A program made the translations under genes and the position numbers. The notes beneath the pieces are model-generated. The model did not search any database, was not told the origin of the DNA, and worked only from the letters and a program-made list of their open reading frames with translations. From Anaerohalosphaeraceae bacterium (GTDB lineage: Bacteria > Planctomycetota > Phycisphaerae > Sedimentisphaerales > UBA12454), in the NCBI GenBank assembly GCA_021108375.1, contig JAIORA010000047.1, forward strand, positions 102,476 through 166,475: DNA of 64,000 nucleotides. The letters run 5' to 3'. Positions 19,349 through 27,619 of this stretch are shown here, in pieces (the stretch's first letter is position 1; every line of letters begins with the position of its first letter).

Positions 19349-20281
19349 TCAAAGAAGTTTTTCGACCTTTGCGACAAGGTCTTTGACGTGGCTTGCCGAA
19401 ACTGCAAATTCGGCTAATTCTTTTTCGTTCAGGTCAAGGACAACAACTTTTTCTACGCCGCTGGCACCGAGGATTATCGGCACGCCGACAAAACAGCCGC
19501 CAACACCATATTCGCTATCGCAATAGGCGCAACAAGGCATAAGCGTTTTGGTATCCTGCAAAATTGCTTTCGCCATTTTTACCGCCCCTGCCGCCGGTGC
19601 GTAATATGCGCTTGTACCCATAAGGTTAACAACCTCTATGCCGCCTTTACGAGTGCGGGCAACAATTTTTTCGATTTTGTCTGCATCCATAAGCTCAGGC
19701 AGCGGAACCCCGGCAACGGAAGTAAATCTTGGCAGCGGAACCATATCGTCTCCGTGGCCGCCCATAAGGATTGGCGTAATATCGGCAACGCTCACATCCA
19801 ACGCCTCGCCGATGAATGCGGCAAAACGAGCAGCGTCCAACGCCCCCGCCATTCCCATAACTTTATTCTTCGCAAAGCCGCTAACACTGGCAGCGGCATT
19901 TACCATCGCGTCAAGAGGATTGCAGACAACGATGAGAAAACTTTCAGGTGAGTATTTTGCAGCCTGAGTCGTTACAGCCTTGACAATTTCGGTATTCTTG
20001 GCGAGCAAATCGTCCCTGCTCATTCCGGGCTTGCGTGGCAGGCCGCTGGTGATTATCACAATATCACTGTCGGCAGTCTCAGCCCAATCGCAGGTGCCGG
20101 TGATTTTGCAATCATAATTCTGTATCGGCCCGGCCTGAGTCATATCGAGGGCTTTGCCCTGAGGTAGCCCCTCTATTATATCGATGAGGACAACATCAGC
20201 GATTCTCTCATTGGCGGCTATGAATGCGGCAGACGCTCCTACGTTGCCTGCTCCGACAATTGCAATTTTCTTTCTTGACAC
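19349..20281 (-). CDS. mdh: Malate dehydrogenase (LDH-like family, NAD-dependent), GTG start
   Basis: KIAIVGAGNVGASAAF Rossmann motif and IVVCNPLDAMV. A GGAGG Shine-Dalgarno lies 8 nt upstream of the GTG start. Confidence 0.85.
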   Translation of the reverse strand: MSRKKIAIVGAGNVGASAAFIAANERIADVVLIDIIEGLPQGKALDMTQAGPIQNYDCKITGTCDWAETADSDIVIITSGLPRKPGMSRDDLLAKNTEIVKAVTTQAAKYSPESFLIVVCNPLDAMVNAAASVSGFAKNKVMGMAGALDAARFAAFIGEALDVSVADITPILMGGHGDDMVPLPRFTSVAGVPLPELMDADKIEKIVARTRKGGIEVVNLMGTSAYYAPAAGAVKMAKAILQDTKTLMPCCAYCDSEYGVGGCFVGVPIILGASGVEKVVVLDLNEKELAEFAVSASHVKDLVAKVEKLL

Positions 20282-20294
20282 GAAAAGCCTCCAT

Positions 20295-20320
20295 AAAAAA
20301 AGGCGAGATATTTTCTCGCC
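20295..20320 (-). terminator. Candidate rho-independent terminator for rpsU, immediately upstream of the mdh ribosome-binding site
   Basis: Minus strand: GGCGAG aaaatat CTCGCC followed by U7. Confidence 0.4.
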
Positions 20321-20356
20321 TTGGATATTGCTGATAACACGGTTGAAACAGCGTTT

Positions 20357-20548
20357 CTACTGAAGTTTTGCAGCGAACTGACTATTCCTGCTGGCTTTTT
20401 TTCTACGTCTGCGGTTCTTGTCCGACGGTTTTTCGTAATAGCTAAGCCTTTTCATATCGCGAATCAAACCTTCTTTTTCGCACATTTTCTTGAAACGCTT
20501 AACCATTTGTTCAACTGACTCGCCGAGACGAGATTTGACCTTAATCAT
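20357..20548 (-). CDS. rpsU: 30S ribosomal protein S21
   Basis: MIKVKSRLGESVEQMVKRFKK...RRRRKKASR, typical of S21. 63 aa. Confidence 0.9.
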   Translation of the reverse strand: MIKVKSRLGESVEQMVKRFKKMCEKEGLIRDMKRLSYYEKPSDKNRRRRKKASRNSQFAAKLQ

Positions 20549-20832
20549 AAAAAAACAGCCTTTCTTTGCAAAATAACTCTCAATACTGCGACAAAGAGCA
20601 TCAGTTTACGAATTATCCGTACTTTTTCAAGCGAAAAATGACAAATAGCCTCTAAAAATTGAATAAATACTATTTTGAACGCTTTTTTAGCAAAAACAGA
20701 GAAAATCAGCATTTTTTTTGCTAAAATTAGCTTTTATGTCAGAAATTGGACGAATTTTTACCCAAGCCACTTTTCGGCTCGCAAACTTGGGTTAACCTCC
20801 TGCGTAAGGGTGAAATACAAATTATGCATTCA

Positions 20833-21822
20833 CTAATACGTATAACCCAGCGACTCAAATATCGATATGAGTTTTTGGATGCTCTGGGCTAAATTTTTTG
20901 CCAGTTCTTTGTCTTGCTGTATAATCCGGCCGAGATTGTCCTTTGTGTTAGTTATTTCTGATTCTATTCTACCAAAGTATTGTCTTTGTTTGAGCATTTC
21001 ATCAAGTACTCCGTAGGCAGCCTGCTGTTTTTCAATGGTATTTTCGAGCAGTTCAAGAGCCTTAATCTTGCTCGATATCGACAAATCTATATTGTCAATA
21101 CTAATGATGTCAACATCAACTTTCAGGTCGTTATCTTTATTGGTCATCTCATAGAGTTGGGCAATTTCCTGAGCGGTCAAGGCCCTTTCAAAAACCATAA
21201 CGTCCTTTATAATACCTTCAAAATACTCATTCCATCGTCCGGCATTGTCGCCTATTGTAAGATAATTACAGCAGGTATCGGTTCCGGGAGCCTTGCCTAA
21301 AGAACTTTCGACAGCATTTTTATAGAACAATACATTTTCGTCTGGCTTAAAAACTGCCGCCACACATTGCCATTTATTGATATCTACATTAAAGCCCGTT
21401 CTTTTGGAGCCATTGCCATCGAAAACGCACCATCTGCCCGACTCTCTAAGAATGGACCAGTCAAAACCGCCATTATCGCTGCTGATGACGTGATGCCTGC
21501 CCCAACTGGTACTCGTCGGGTAGGCCCAAGCAAAGAACGTTATCCCTTTTGAGCCGTCCTGGGTAATTTTGACATCAGTATCGACACGGGTTTTTTCACC
21601 ATCAAAACTCAACACACTTACATTATCATTGACCACCCAGAGGCCTTCTGTCAGATTGCTATGATTGGAATCAGCAACAGTGTTATATACAAGCTGCCCC
21701 TTTCCTTCATTGAGAGCCCAATCAGCTACAAGGCCATCAAATACATCAGCACCACTGCTGACTTGCAGCTGGAATATAGAAAATATAACAAAAAGGCTCA
21801 CCAAAAATTTATACGATTTCAT
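20833..21822 (-). CDS. Secreted concanavalin-A/LamG-like jelly-roll domain protein with a C-terminal coiled coil
   Basis: Signal peptide (MKSYKFLVSLFVIFSIFQLQVSSG), then a LamG-like region (FDGEKTRVDTD...ITFFAWAYP...VAAVF), then a roughly 110 aa heptad-rich tail. The locus is AT-rich. Confidence 0.5.
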   Translation of the reverse strand: MKSYKFLVSLFVIFSIFQLQVSSGADVFDGLVADWALNEGKGQLVYNTVADSNHSNLTEGLWVVNDNVSVLSFDGEKTRVDTDVKITQDGSKGITFFAWAYPTSTSWGRHHVISSDNGGFDWSILRESGRWCVFDGNGSKRTGFNVDINKWQCVAAVFKPDENVLFYKNAVESSLGKAPGTDTCCNYLTIGDNAGRWNEYFEGIIKDVMVFERALTAQEIAQLYEMTNKDNDLKVDVDIISIDNIDLSISSKIKALELLENTIEKQQAAYGVLDEMLKQRQYFGRIESEITNTKDNLGRIIQQDKELAKNLAQSIQKLISIFESLGYTY

Positions 21823-22065
21823 TTTTTCTCCTTAAAATAGGCTCTTAATGATAGTTATAGTAGCATTGATACATTATCTTTCAAGATATTTTTTCAGTTG
21901 TTGACAACCGGGCAGAATTGCAATATCATAACCGGGCAGTGGTTTTTGAGAAAAATAATTAGAAGCCATCACAAAATATCTGAAAATACCGCCAGCAGCA
22001 TCCAGGACGTTAAAAATGATAGGTTTGGGATGGTAAATATTTAAGTCGCTGCGGATGGCAAATTA

Positions 22066-22812
22066 GTGAAAATTATTGCTGTAATACCTGCTCGTTACGA
22101 ATCAACCCGATTCCCCGCTAAACTTCTCGCTAAAAATACCGGCAAATTCCTCATTCAACATACCTACGAACAAGTCCAAAAAGCTAATCTAATCAGCGAT
22201 TGTCTCATCGCAGGTGATGATGAAAGAATCGCGGTAGCCTGCAAAACGTTCGGGGCCAAATACGCAGCGACAAGAATTGACCACCAGAGCGGAACCGACC
22301 GAATCGCTGAAGCTGTCGAAAATATTGATGCCGATGTGATTATTAACGTTCAGGCAGATGAGCCGGAAATCGACCCAGCCAATATTGACTTGCTGGCGAA
22401 TTTGATGGTTAATAATGCCAATGCTAATATGGCGACGCTGGTGGCGAAATTTAAAAATAGGGCTGACGTTGCGAATCCAAATATCGTAAAGGCCGTTATT
22501 GATAAGGATAATTACGCAAAATACTTCTCGCGAGCACCTATTCCTTATGACAGGGATGCAGGAGGGATTGGAAAAACGAGCGACTATTTGCGTCATATAG
22601 GGATTTATGCGTATCGGAAAGAGTTCCTTATGCAGATTACGAAGCTGGGGCAAACTAAACTCGAAAAAATTGAAAGGCTGGAACAGCTAAGGGTGCTTGA
22701 GTACGGCTTTTCAATACTCACCGGCCTTGTCGCACACAGCTCCGATGGCATTGATACACCGGAACAATACGCTGATTTCGTTAAAAGAGAAAAAAAACAT
22801 AATGAAAAATAG
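22066..22812 (+). CDS. kdsB: 3-deoxy-manno-octulosonate cytidylyltransferase (CMP-Kdo synthetase)
   Basis: MKIIAVIPARYESTRFPAKLL... and a VINVQADEP motif. Confidence 0.9.
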   Translation: MKIIAVIPARYESTRFPAKLLAKNTGKFLIQHTYEQVQKANLISDCLIAGDDERIAVACKTFGAKYAATRIDHQSGTDRIAEAVENIDADVIINVQADEPEIDPANIDLLANLMVNNANANMATLVAKFKNRADVANPNIVKAVIDKDNYAKYFSRAPIPYDRDAGGIGKTSDYLRHIGIYAYRKEFLMQITKLGQTKLEKIERLEQLRVLEYGFSILTGLVAHSSDGIDTPEQYADFVKREKKHNEK

Positions 22813-23539
22813 CCAGATAATAGACGGAAATCGCTGGGTAACCCATTTCGATATACTCGGTTTTAAAAGTAGGGTCGAAAGTATGGCTAAAGATAGGCTT
22901 AACGATACTCAAACTTCGTGTATAGCCGAAATATGCGAAAAAGCTCTGGAAGAGTGTGAGAAAAATAAGGATATATGCAAATTTATATTTTTCTCGGATA
23001 GCTTCATTTTTTACACTGATGATGCTTCTCAGGATTCTTTCAAGACAATAGAACTGGTGTCAGCAATGTTCTTCCATGAAATGTTTCACGAAAGGATTCC
23101 AATGCGAGGATGTTTGAGTACTGGACGGTTTTATACTGATGAAGAAAAAAGGATATTTTTTGGCCCAGCCCATATAGACGCCTATGAATTGGCTGAAGGT
23201 CAGAACTGGATAGGCTTCGTTCTTTCTGAAAAAACAAAAGAAAAGTTAGCAAGTTTCGAGCGAACTGGTTTTAAATCGAACCACAATCTTCGATTTCTGG
23301 AATATGAGGTTCCTTACAAGAAGGACCCTTGCGAACGTAAACTGCTCACCTATAATCTAAAGCTATTATCCAAACCATCATCGTATCAGTTATTGGATGC
23401 TTTGGATAATATGAAGCACATAGCCTACATCTTAAATCCTGGGTTGGACTTTGAAAGGGACGAAAAGTTTGGAAAAATCATTACGAAATATGAAAATACA
23501 GAGAAATTTATAAAAAAAATATATAGTGAGAAAAAATAA
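22802..23539 (+). CDS. Minimal class III nucleotidyl-cyclase-like (CHD/palm domain) protein with non-canonical catalytic residues; translationally coupled to kdsB
   Basis: Start ATG at 22802 overlaps the kdsB stop. THFDILGFKS matches the FxDIVGFT metal-Asp motif. About 48 aa later KFIFFSDSFIFY matches the DKFIGDAxMAVF second-Asp motif. MRGCLSTGRFY and FFGPAHIDAYELAEGQNWIGFVLSE follow the order of the RIGIHTGxV and GDTVNxAxRLE/QILVSE elements, but Asn/Arg are replaced by His/Tyr. 245 aa. Confidence 0.4.
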   Translation: MKNSQIIDGNRWVTHFDILGFKSRVESMAKDRLNDTQTSCIAEICEKALEECEKNKDICKFIFFSDSFIFYTDDASQDSFKTIELVSAMFFHEMFHERIPMRGCLSTGRFYTDEEKRIFFGPAHIDAYELAEGQNWIGFVLSEKTKEKLASFERTGFKSNHNLRFLEYEVPYKKDPCERKLLTYNLKLLSKPSSYQLLDALDNMKHIAYILNPGLDFERDEKFGKIITKYENTEKFIKKIYSEKK

Positions 23540-23552
23540 TAAATTGAGGTAA

Positions 23553-25340
23553 TTGAAGAAAGATTTGGACTTTAAAATGCTGAAAAAAAATGACCTTCTT
23601 GCCAGCCTAAGTGATATTTCCACCGATACCGAGTACTTTTCGCCCATGCCGAAAGGCTATAAAAAGGGCAAAACGAAATACGTTATCGTAATGGGTACGG
23701 TTATGAGTGGGCTGGGTAAGGGGATTTTCTCTTCGTGTCTGGCCAAACTTATGCAGGATAAGGGGCTGAAAGTTGCCCCTATAAAGCTGGAAGGCTATCT
23801 GAATATCGATTCCGGGACGCTGAACCCGTTCAGGCACGGCGAGGTTTTTGTGCTCGACGATGGTATGGAATGCGATATGGACTTAGGTACATACGAAAGA
23901 ATGCTCGACCAGAATCTCAGCAAGAATAACTTCGCGACCAGCGGTCAGATATTCCGTTCCATTTTGAGCAAGGAACGGCACGGCGATTATCTCGGTAGAG
24001 ACGTGCAGATGATTCCGCACGTTACCGGCGAGGTGAAAATGCGGCTGCGAAACCTTGCGATGGAAAGCGATGCTGACATCGTATTCGTCGAAATCGGCGG
24101 GACGGTGGGCGATTTGGAAAACGCGTTCTACATTGAAGCGATGCGAGAATTAGCATACGAGGAAGGGGCGGGAAGTTGCTGCTTTGTTGCTCTGACATAT
24201 ATACTTGAGCCGAGAACGCTGGGCGAGCAGAAATCCAAGGCGGCTCAATTAGGAATCAAACAGCTTATGCAGACCGGAATTCAGCCTGACATTATCGCGT
24301 GCAGAGCGACGAATCCGGTGAACGAAAAGGCAAGGCAAAAAATCAGCGTTTACAGCAATGTGCCTATCGGGCGGGTTATCAGTATGGAGGACTCGGCAAG
24401 CATTTATAAAATACCAGCGATGCTGCAAGAATGCGGGATGGACTTTGAGGTGCTGAGGCTTTTGCGACTTGAGGAAAGAATAAATCTTCAAAAAGAAAGA
24501 GGCCAATGGGCCAGGTGGACTGACTTTACCGACAAAATAGGAAACGAAAAGCACGAAATAACTATCGGTATAACCGGCAAGTACACATCTGTCCGTGATA
24601 GCTACGCTTCTATTATAAATGCTCTTGAACATTCGGGAATAACGACTGGCTGCGTGGTGAATATCGAATGGATTGATACAACCGAAATTAACGATAAAAA
24701 TGCCGGCAACTGTCTGGAAAGTGTCGATGGAATTCTCGTGCCGGGCGGCTTTGGCGTTCGCGGAACGGAGGGCAAAATTGCGTGTATTCGCTATGCCAGA
24801 GAGAATCAACTGCCCTACCTGGGCTTGTGTTTAGGCTTTCAGATGGCTGTTATCGAGTTTGCGAGGAATGTTTGCGGCTTGAAAGAGGCAAACAGCAACG
24901 AAATCGACCCGAAATGCTCTGAAGCGGTCATTGATATATTGCCGGAACAGAAAAAAATTGAACAGTTGGGCGGTAATATGCGACTTGGCGGACACGATGT
25001 GGAAATAAAGCCGAAAACAATCGCCTGGGAACTGTTCGGAAAGTCGAAGAATGTACGGCTAAGATTCAGACACCGTTATGAGGTTGACCCGAAGTACATC
25101 GAAACTCTTGAAAAGGCCGGTATGGTATTTTCCGGTAAGGCTCCACAACATCCAATAATGCAGATACTCGAATTACCTGACCATCCGTACTTTCTCGGAA
25201 CACAGGCACATCCCTGCCTGACATCGAGACCGCTAAAACCACAACCGATGTTTACGGGTTTGGTAGCAGCGGCAATGCGAAAAAAATTCAAAGACGAAAA
25301 ACTCTCATCACCCATAGAAGCCGCGAATAAGAAAAAATAA
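23553..25340 (+). CDS. pyrG: CTP synthase; the start may instead be the internal Met at 23646
   Basis: KTKYVIVMGTVMSGLGKG P-loop-like N-terminus and a C-terminal glutamine amidotransferase (GLCLGFQ). The ORF carries about 30-40 extra N-terminal residues relative to typical PyrG. Confidence 0.9.
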   Translation: MKKDLDFKMLKKNDLLASLSDISTDTEYFSPMPKGYKKGKTKYVIVMGTVMSGLGKGIFSSCLAKLMQDKGLKVAPIKLEGYLNIDSGTLNPFRHGEVFVLDDGMECDMDLGTYERMLDQNLSKNNFATSGQIFRSILSKERHGDYLGRDVQMIPHVTGEVKMRLRNLAMESDADIVFVEIGGTVGDLENAFYIEAMRELAYEEGAGSCCFVALTYILEPRTLGEQKSKAAQLGIKQLMQTGIQPDIIACRATNPVNEKARQKISVYSNVPIGRVISMEDSASIYKIPAMLQECGMDFEVLRLLRLEERINLQKERGQWARWTDFTDKIGNEKHEITIGITGKYTSVRDSYASIINALEHSGITTGCVVNIEWIDTTEINDKNAGNCLESVDGILVPGGFGVRGTEGKIACIRYARENQLPYLGLCLGFQMAVIEFARNVCGLKEANSNEIDPKCSEAVIDILPEQKKIEQLGGNMRLGGHDVEIKPKTIAWELFGKSKNVRLRFRHRYEVDPKYIETLEKAGMVFSGKAPQHPIMQILELPDHPYFLGTQAHPCLTSRPLKPQPMFTGLVAAAMRKKFKDEKLSSPIEAANKKK

Positions 25341-25354
25341 TCAGCGAGCTGCCG

Positions 25355-25729
25355 TTATTGCGAAACTTCACGACTTCTGCTTGATTTTTTCAATTCCGCT
25401 ATACGCTTAAGCAACTTTTCGTTCTCTGCTGTGAGACGTGCGTTTTTAGCCATCGTTTCTTCCGGAAGAGTCTTAAGCAAGAAATCCGCTGTGGTGCTGG
25501 CTTCGGATTGAATCTTCTTTTTTTCCTGCTTACACTTGGCCAGTAGTCTCTTTTGGTTTTCTATGGTTGCCTGACAAGATTGAAGCTCGTTTTGGAGTCG
25601 AAGATTTTCGTTACCTACAAGTCGGTTGTGTCGTGATGTTGCGGAAGGGCTTTGGGCCTGCTCCTGGCATCCACAGACAAATACAACCAAAACAGTAAGA
25701 GGTACTAAAAATGCGGTTATTCTCTTCAT
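25355..25729 (-). CDS. Coiled-coil lipoprotein of unknown function
   Basis: Signal peptide with a VCGC lipobox, then heptad-rich sequence. 124 aa. Confidence 0.45.
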   Translation of the reverse strand: MKRITAFLVPLTVLVVFVCGCQEQAQSPSATSRHNRLVGNENLRLQNELQSCQATIENQKRLLAKCKQEKKKIQSEASTTADFLLKTLPEETMAKNARLTAENEKLLKRIAELKKSSRSREVSQ

Positions 25730-25825
25730 TTGAACACCTTTAAAATAGTAGTAAATTATTCGTCAGAGCGGTTGATTATAGCCATTATCGGCGATTCGTC
25801 AACTCCCGCATAATGGATATGGTAT

Positions 25826-25864
25826 AAAAAAAAGGAAGGCTCTGCCGTGGCGAAAGAACCTTCC
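25826..25864 (-). terminator. Candidate rho-independent terminator downstream of the lysine-rich protein gene
   Basis: Minus strand: GGAAGG...CCTTCC stem with a structured loop, followed by U8. Confidence 0.35.
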
Positions 25865-25970
25865 CGAATTTGTGAGCTAAATCCAAAATTTTGAGTTACG
25901 GCTCACTACTTGCCAGTTGCCAAATTCCCAGACGGTGAAGCCCAAAAACATCAGCAACTAAGCCGTAGAA

Positions 25971-26294
25971 CTATTTTTTTCTTTTCTTTGTAGCTTTTTT
26001 CTTCTTAGCTGTTTTCTTCTTAGTTTTTTTCTTAGCTACTTTTTTCTTAGCCACTTTCTTCTTAGCTTTTTTCTTCTTAGCTACTTTTTTCTTAGCGACT
26101 TTCTTCTTTGTAGCCTTTTTCTTCTTAGCTACTTTTCTCTTAGCCACTTTTTTCTTAGCTGTTTTCTTTTTTGCTACTTTTCTCTTAGCAACTTTTCTCT
26201 TAGCAACTTTTTTCTTAGCAACTTTCTTCTTTGCAGCTTTTTTCTTTTTAGCCATAGGTAATTCACCTCCTTTCAAAGGTAAAAAAGTTATCAA
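25971..26294 (-). CDS. Lysine/alanine-rich histone-H1-like (Hc1/AlgP-like) DNA-binding protein built from tandem KKVAKKK repeats
   Basis: After a short N-terminus, 107 aa consists of roughly 13 degenerate (A/T)KKKVAK(K/R)K repeats. The DNA shows matching tandem 21-24 nt repeats (cttcttagc(t/c)actttt...). Confidence 0.6.
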   Translation of the reverse strand: MITFLPLKGGELPMAKKKKAAKKKVAKKKVAKRKVAKRKVAKKKTAKKKVAKRKVAKKKKATKKKVAKKKVAKKKKAKKKVAKKKVAKKKTKKKTAKKKKATKKRKK

Positions 26295-26767
26295 TACGTC
26301 TATCTTTTTGACACATTACTAACATTATGTCAATAACTTTTTATATAACTCTGCTTCCTATACAAAGTTATCGTCAAAAGTTCAAAAAAAACTTAACCTT
26401 TTTTTGTATTGGCAAATCAACCCGACAGTTGTAATTGTTGATTGAAGTTTCAAATCATTAACTAAAAAATAAATTCCAAAAGCTCTTCGCATAAAAACGA
26501 ATCGCCCGCAAAATAAAAAAACATTGATAAAAAACAAAAATCAAGGCTTTTTAGCACTTTTACGAAATAATCACAAAGAACTTTTGCTGCGTTCGCTGCA
26601 ACAAAGTTCCGATGCGGACGATTGGTACGGAACAAAGAAAAGCCAAATCAATAATTTTCTGGATTTTATTGGAAAAGATAGATAAGTTTATTTGTCAGAA
26701 TGATTTTTGAAGCGATTTTTTGTTTTTTTCTTTACAATTAACCACAGTTTCACTGTTACTTTGTATA

Positions 26768-26935
26768 AAGGGAACCTCTAATAATTCATTTTGGCGAACA
26801 AGCGAACCTTTTTGTTGCCGGACTGTGTCAGACAAAAACCGCTTGAACTACGGCTCAAGCTGATTTGTATTCCTTGCCGGACAACAAAAATTTTCTACTT
26901 GTCGCTCAAAAGCAATTATTAGAGCTACCCTAAAA
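26768..26935. repeat. Interspersed roughly 170 bp repeat, full-length copy, upstream of nadD
   Basis: AAGGGAACCTCTAATAATTCATTTTGGCGAACAAGCGAACC...TTATTAGAGCTACCCTAAAA is the near-identical reverse complement of 15795-15960. Confidence 0.6.
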
Positions 26936-26965
26936 TTTTCAGTATCAGCCATTATTGGAATTGCA

Positions 26966-27586
26966 ATGAGCAAAAAAACAGTACTATTCGGCGGCAGTTT
27001 CGACCCGGTTCATCTTGGGCACATAAAAGTCGCGGCAGAAGCGATTAAAAAACTTAGTTCCGAAAAAATTTTCCTGATACCTGCTAAACGTTCGCCCTTC
27101 AAAAATGTAAGGCCGGTAGCGTCAACGGAAAATCGGCTGGATATGCTTAAACTTGCGGTAGCCGGGAATGAGAATTTTGAAGTCAGCGACTGCGAATTTC
27201 ATCGAACCCAGCCAAGCTATACAATTGATACGGTAAAATACTTTCGAGAAAAGATGGGGCAAGAGGCCCTGCTTTACTGGCTAATCGGTGCAGATATGGC
27301 AGAGAGCCTTAGTCAATGGTATGAAATATCCGAACTTATGGATTTGTGCCGGATAGTTGTGATGCGCAGAGGCGGTTTTGAAAAGCCTGAATTTCACGGT
27401 CTGAAAAAGAAAATCAGCGAGGATAAATTCGAGCAGCTTCTGGCCGATATGATAGAAACTCCTGAGATAGATATCAGCAGCTCGCTGATTCGCAACAAGA
27501 TAGCGACGGGGGAGAGTTGGAGTGAATATCTGTGTCCTGAAGTTACTGATTATATTGTCCAAAACAAGTTGTATAAATGGCAGTAA
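26966..27586 (+). CDS. nadD: Nicotinate-nucleotide adenylyltransferase
   Basis: VLFGGSFDPVHLGHI (HxGH nucleotidyltransferase motif). 206 aa. Confidence 0.85.
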   Translation: MSKKTVLFGGSFDPVHLGHIKVAAEAIKKLSSEKIFLIPAKRSPFKNVRPVASTENRLDMLKLAVAGNENFEVSDCEFHRTQPSYTIDTVKYFREKMGQEALLYWLIGADMAESLSQWYEISELMDLCRIVVMRRGGFEKPEFHGLKKKISEDKFEQLLADMIETPEIDISSSLIRNKIATGESWSEYLCPEVTDYIVQNKLYKWQ

Positions 27587-27619
27587 ATTCGCAACGTAAG
27601 AGACTACGAGCTTAACAGC

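Noticed and set aside
25980-26260. Tandem 21-24 nt DNA repeats that could be mistaken for a CRISPR-like or minisatellite array
   Set aside because: The repeats are in-frame and encode the KKVAKKK units of the lysine-rich protein. There are no spacers.
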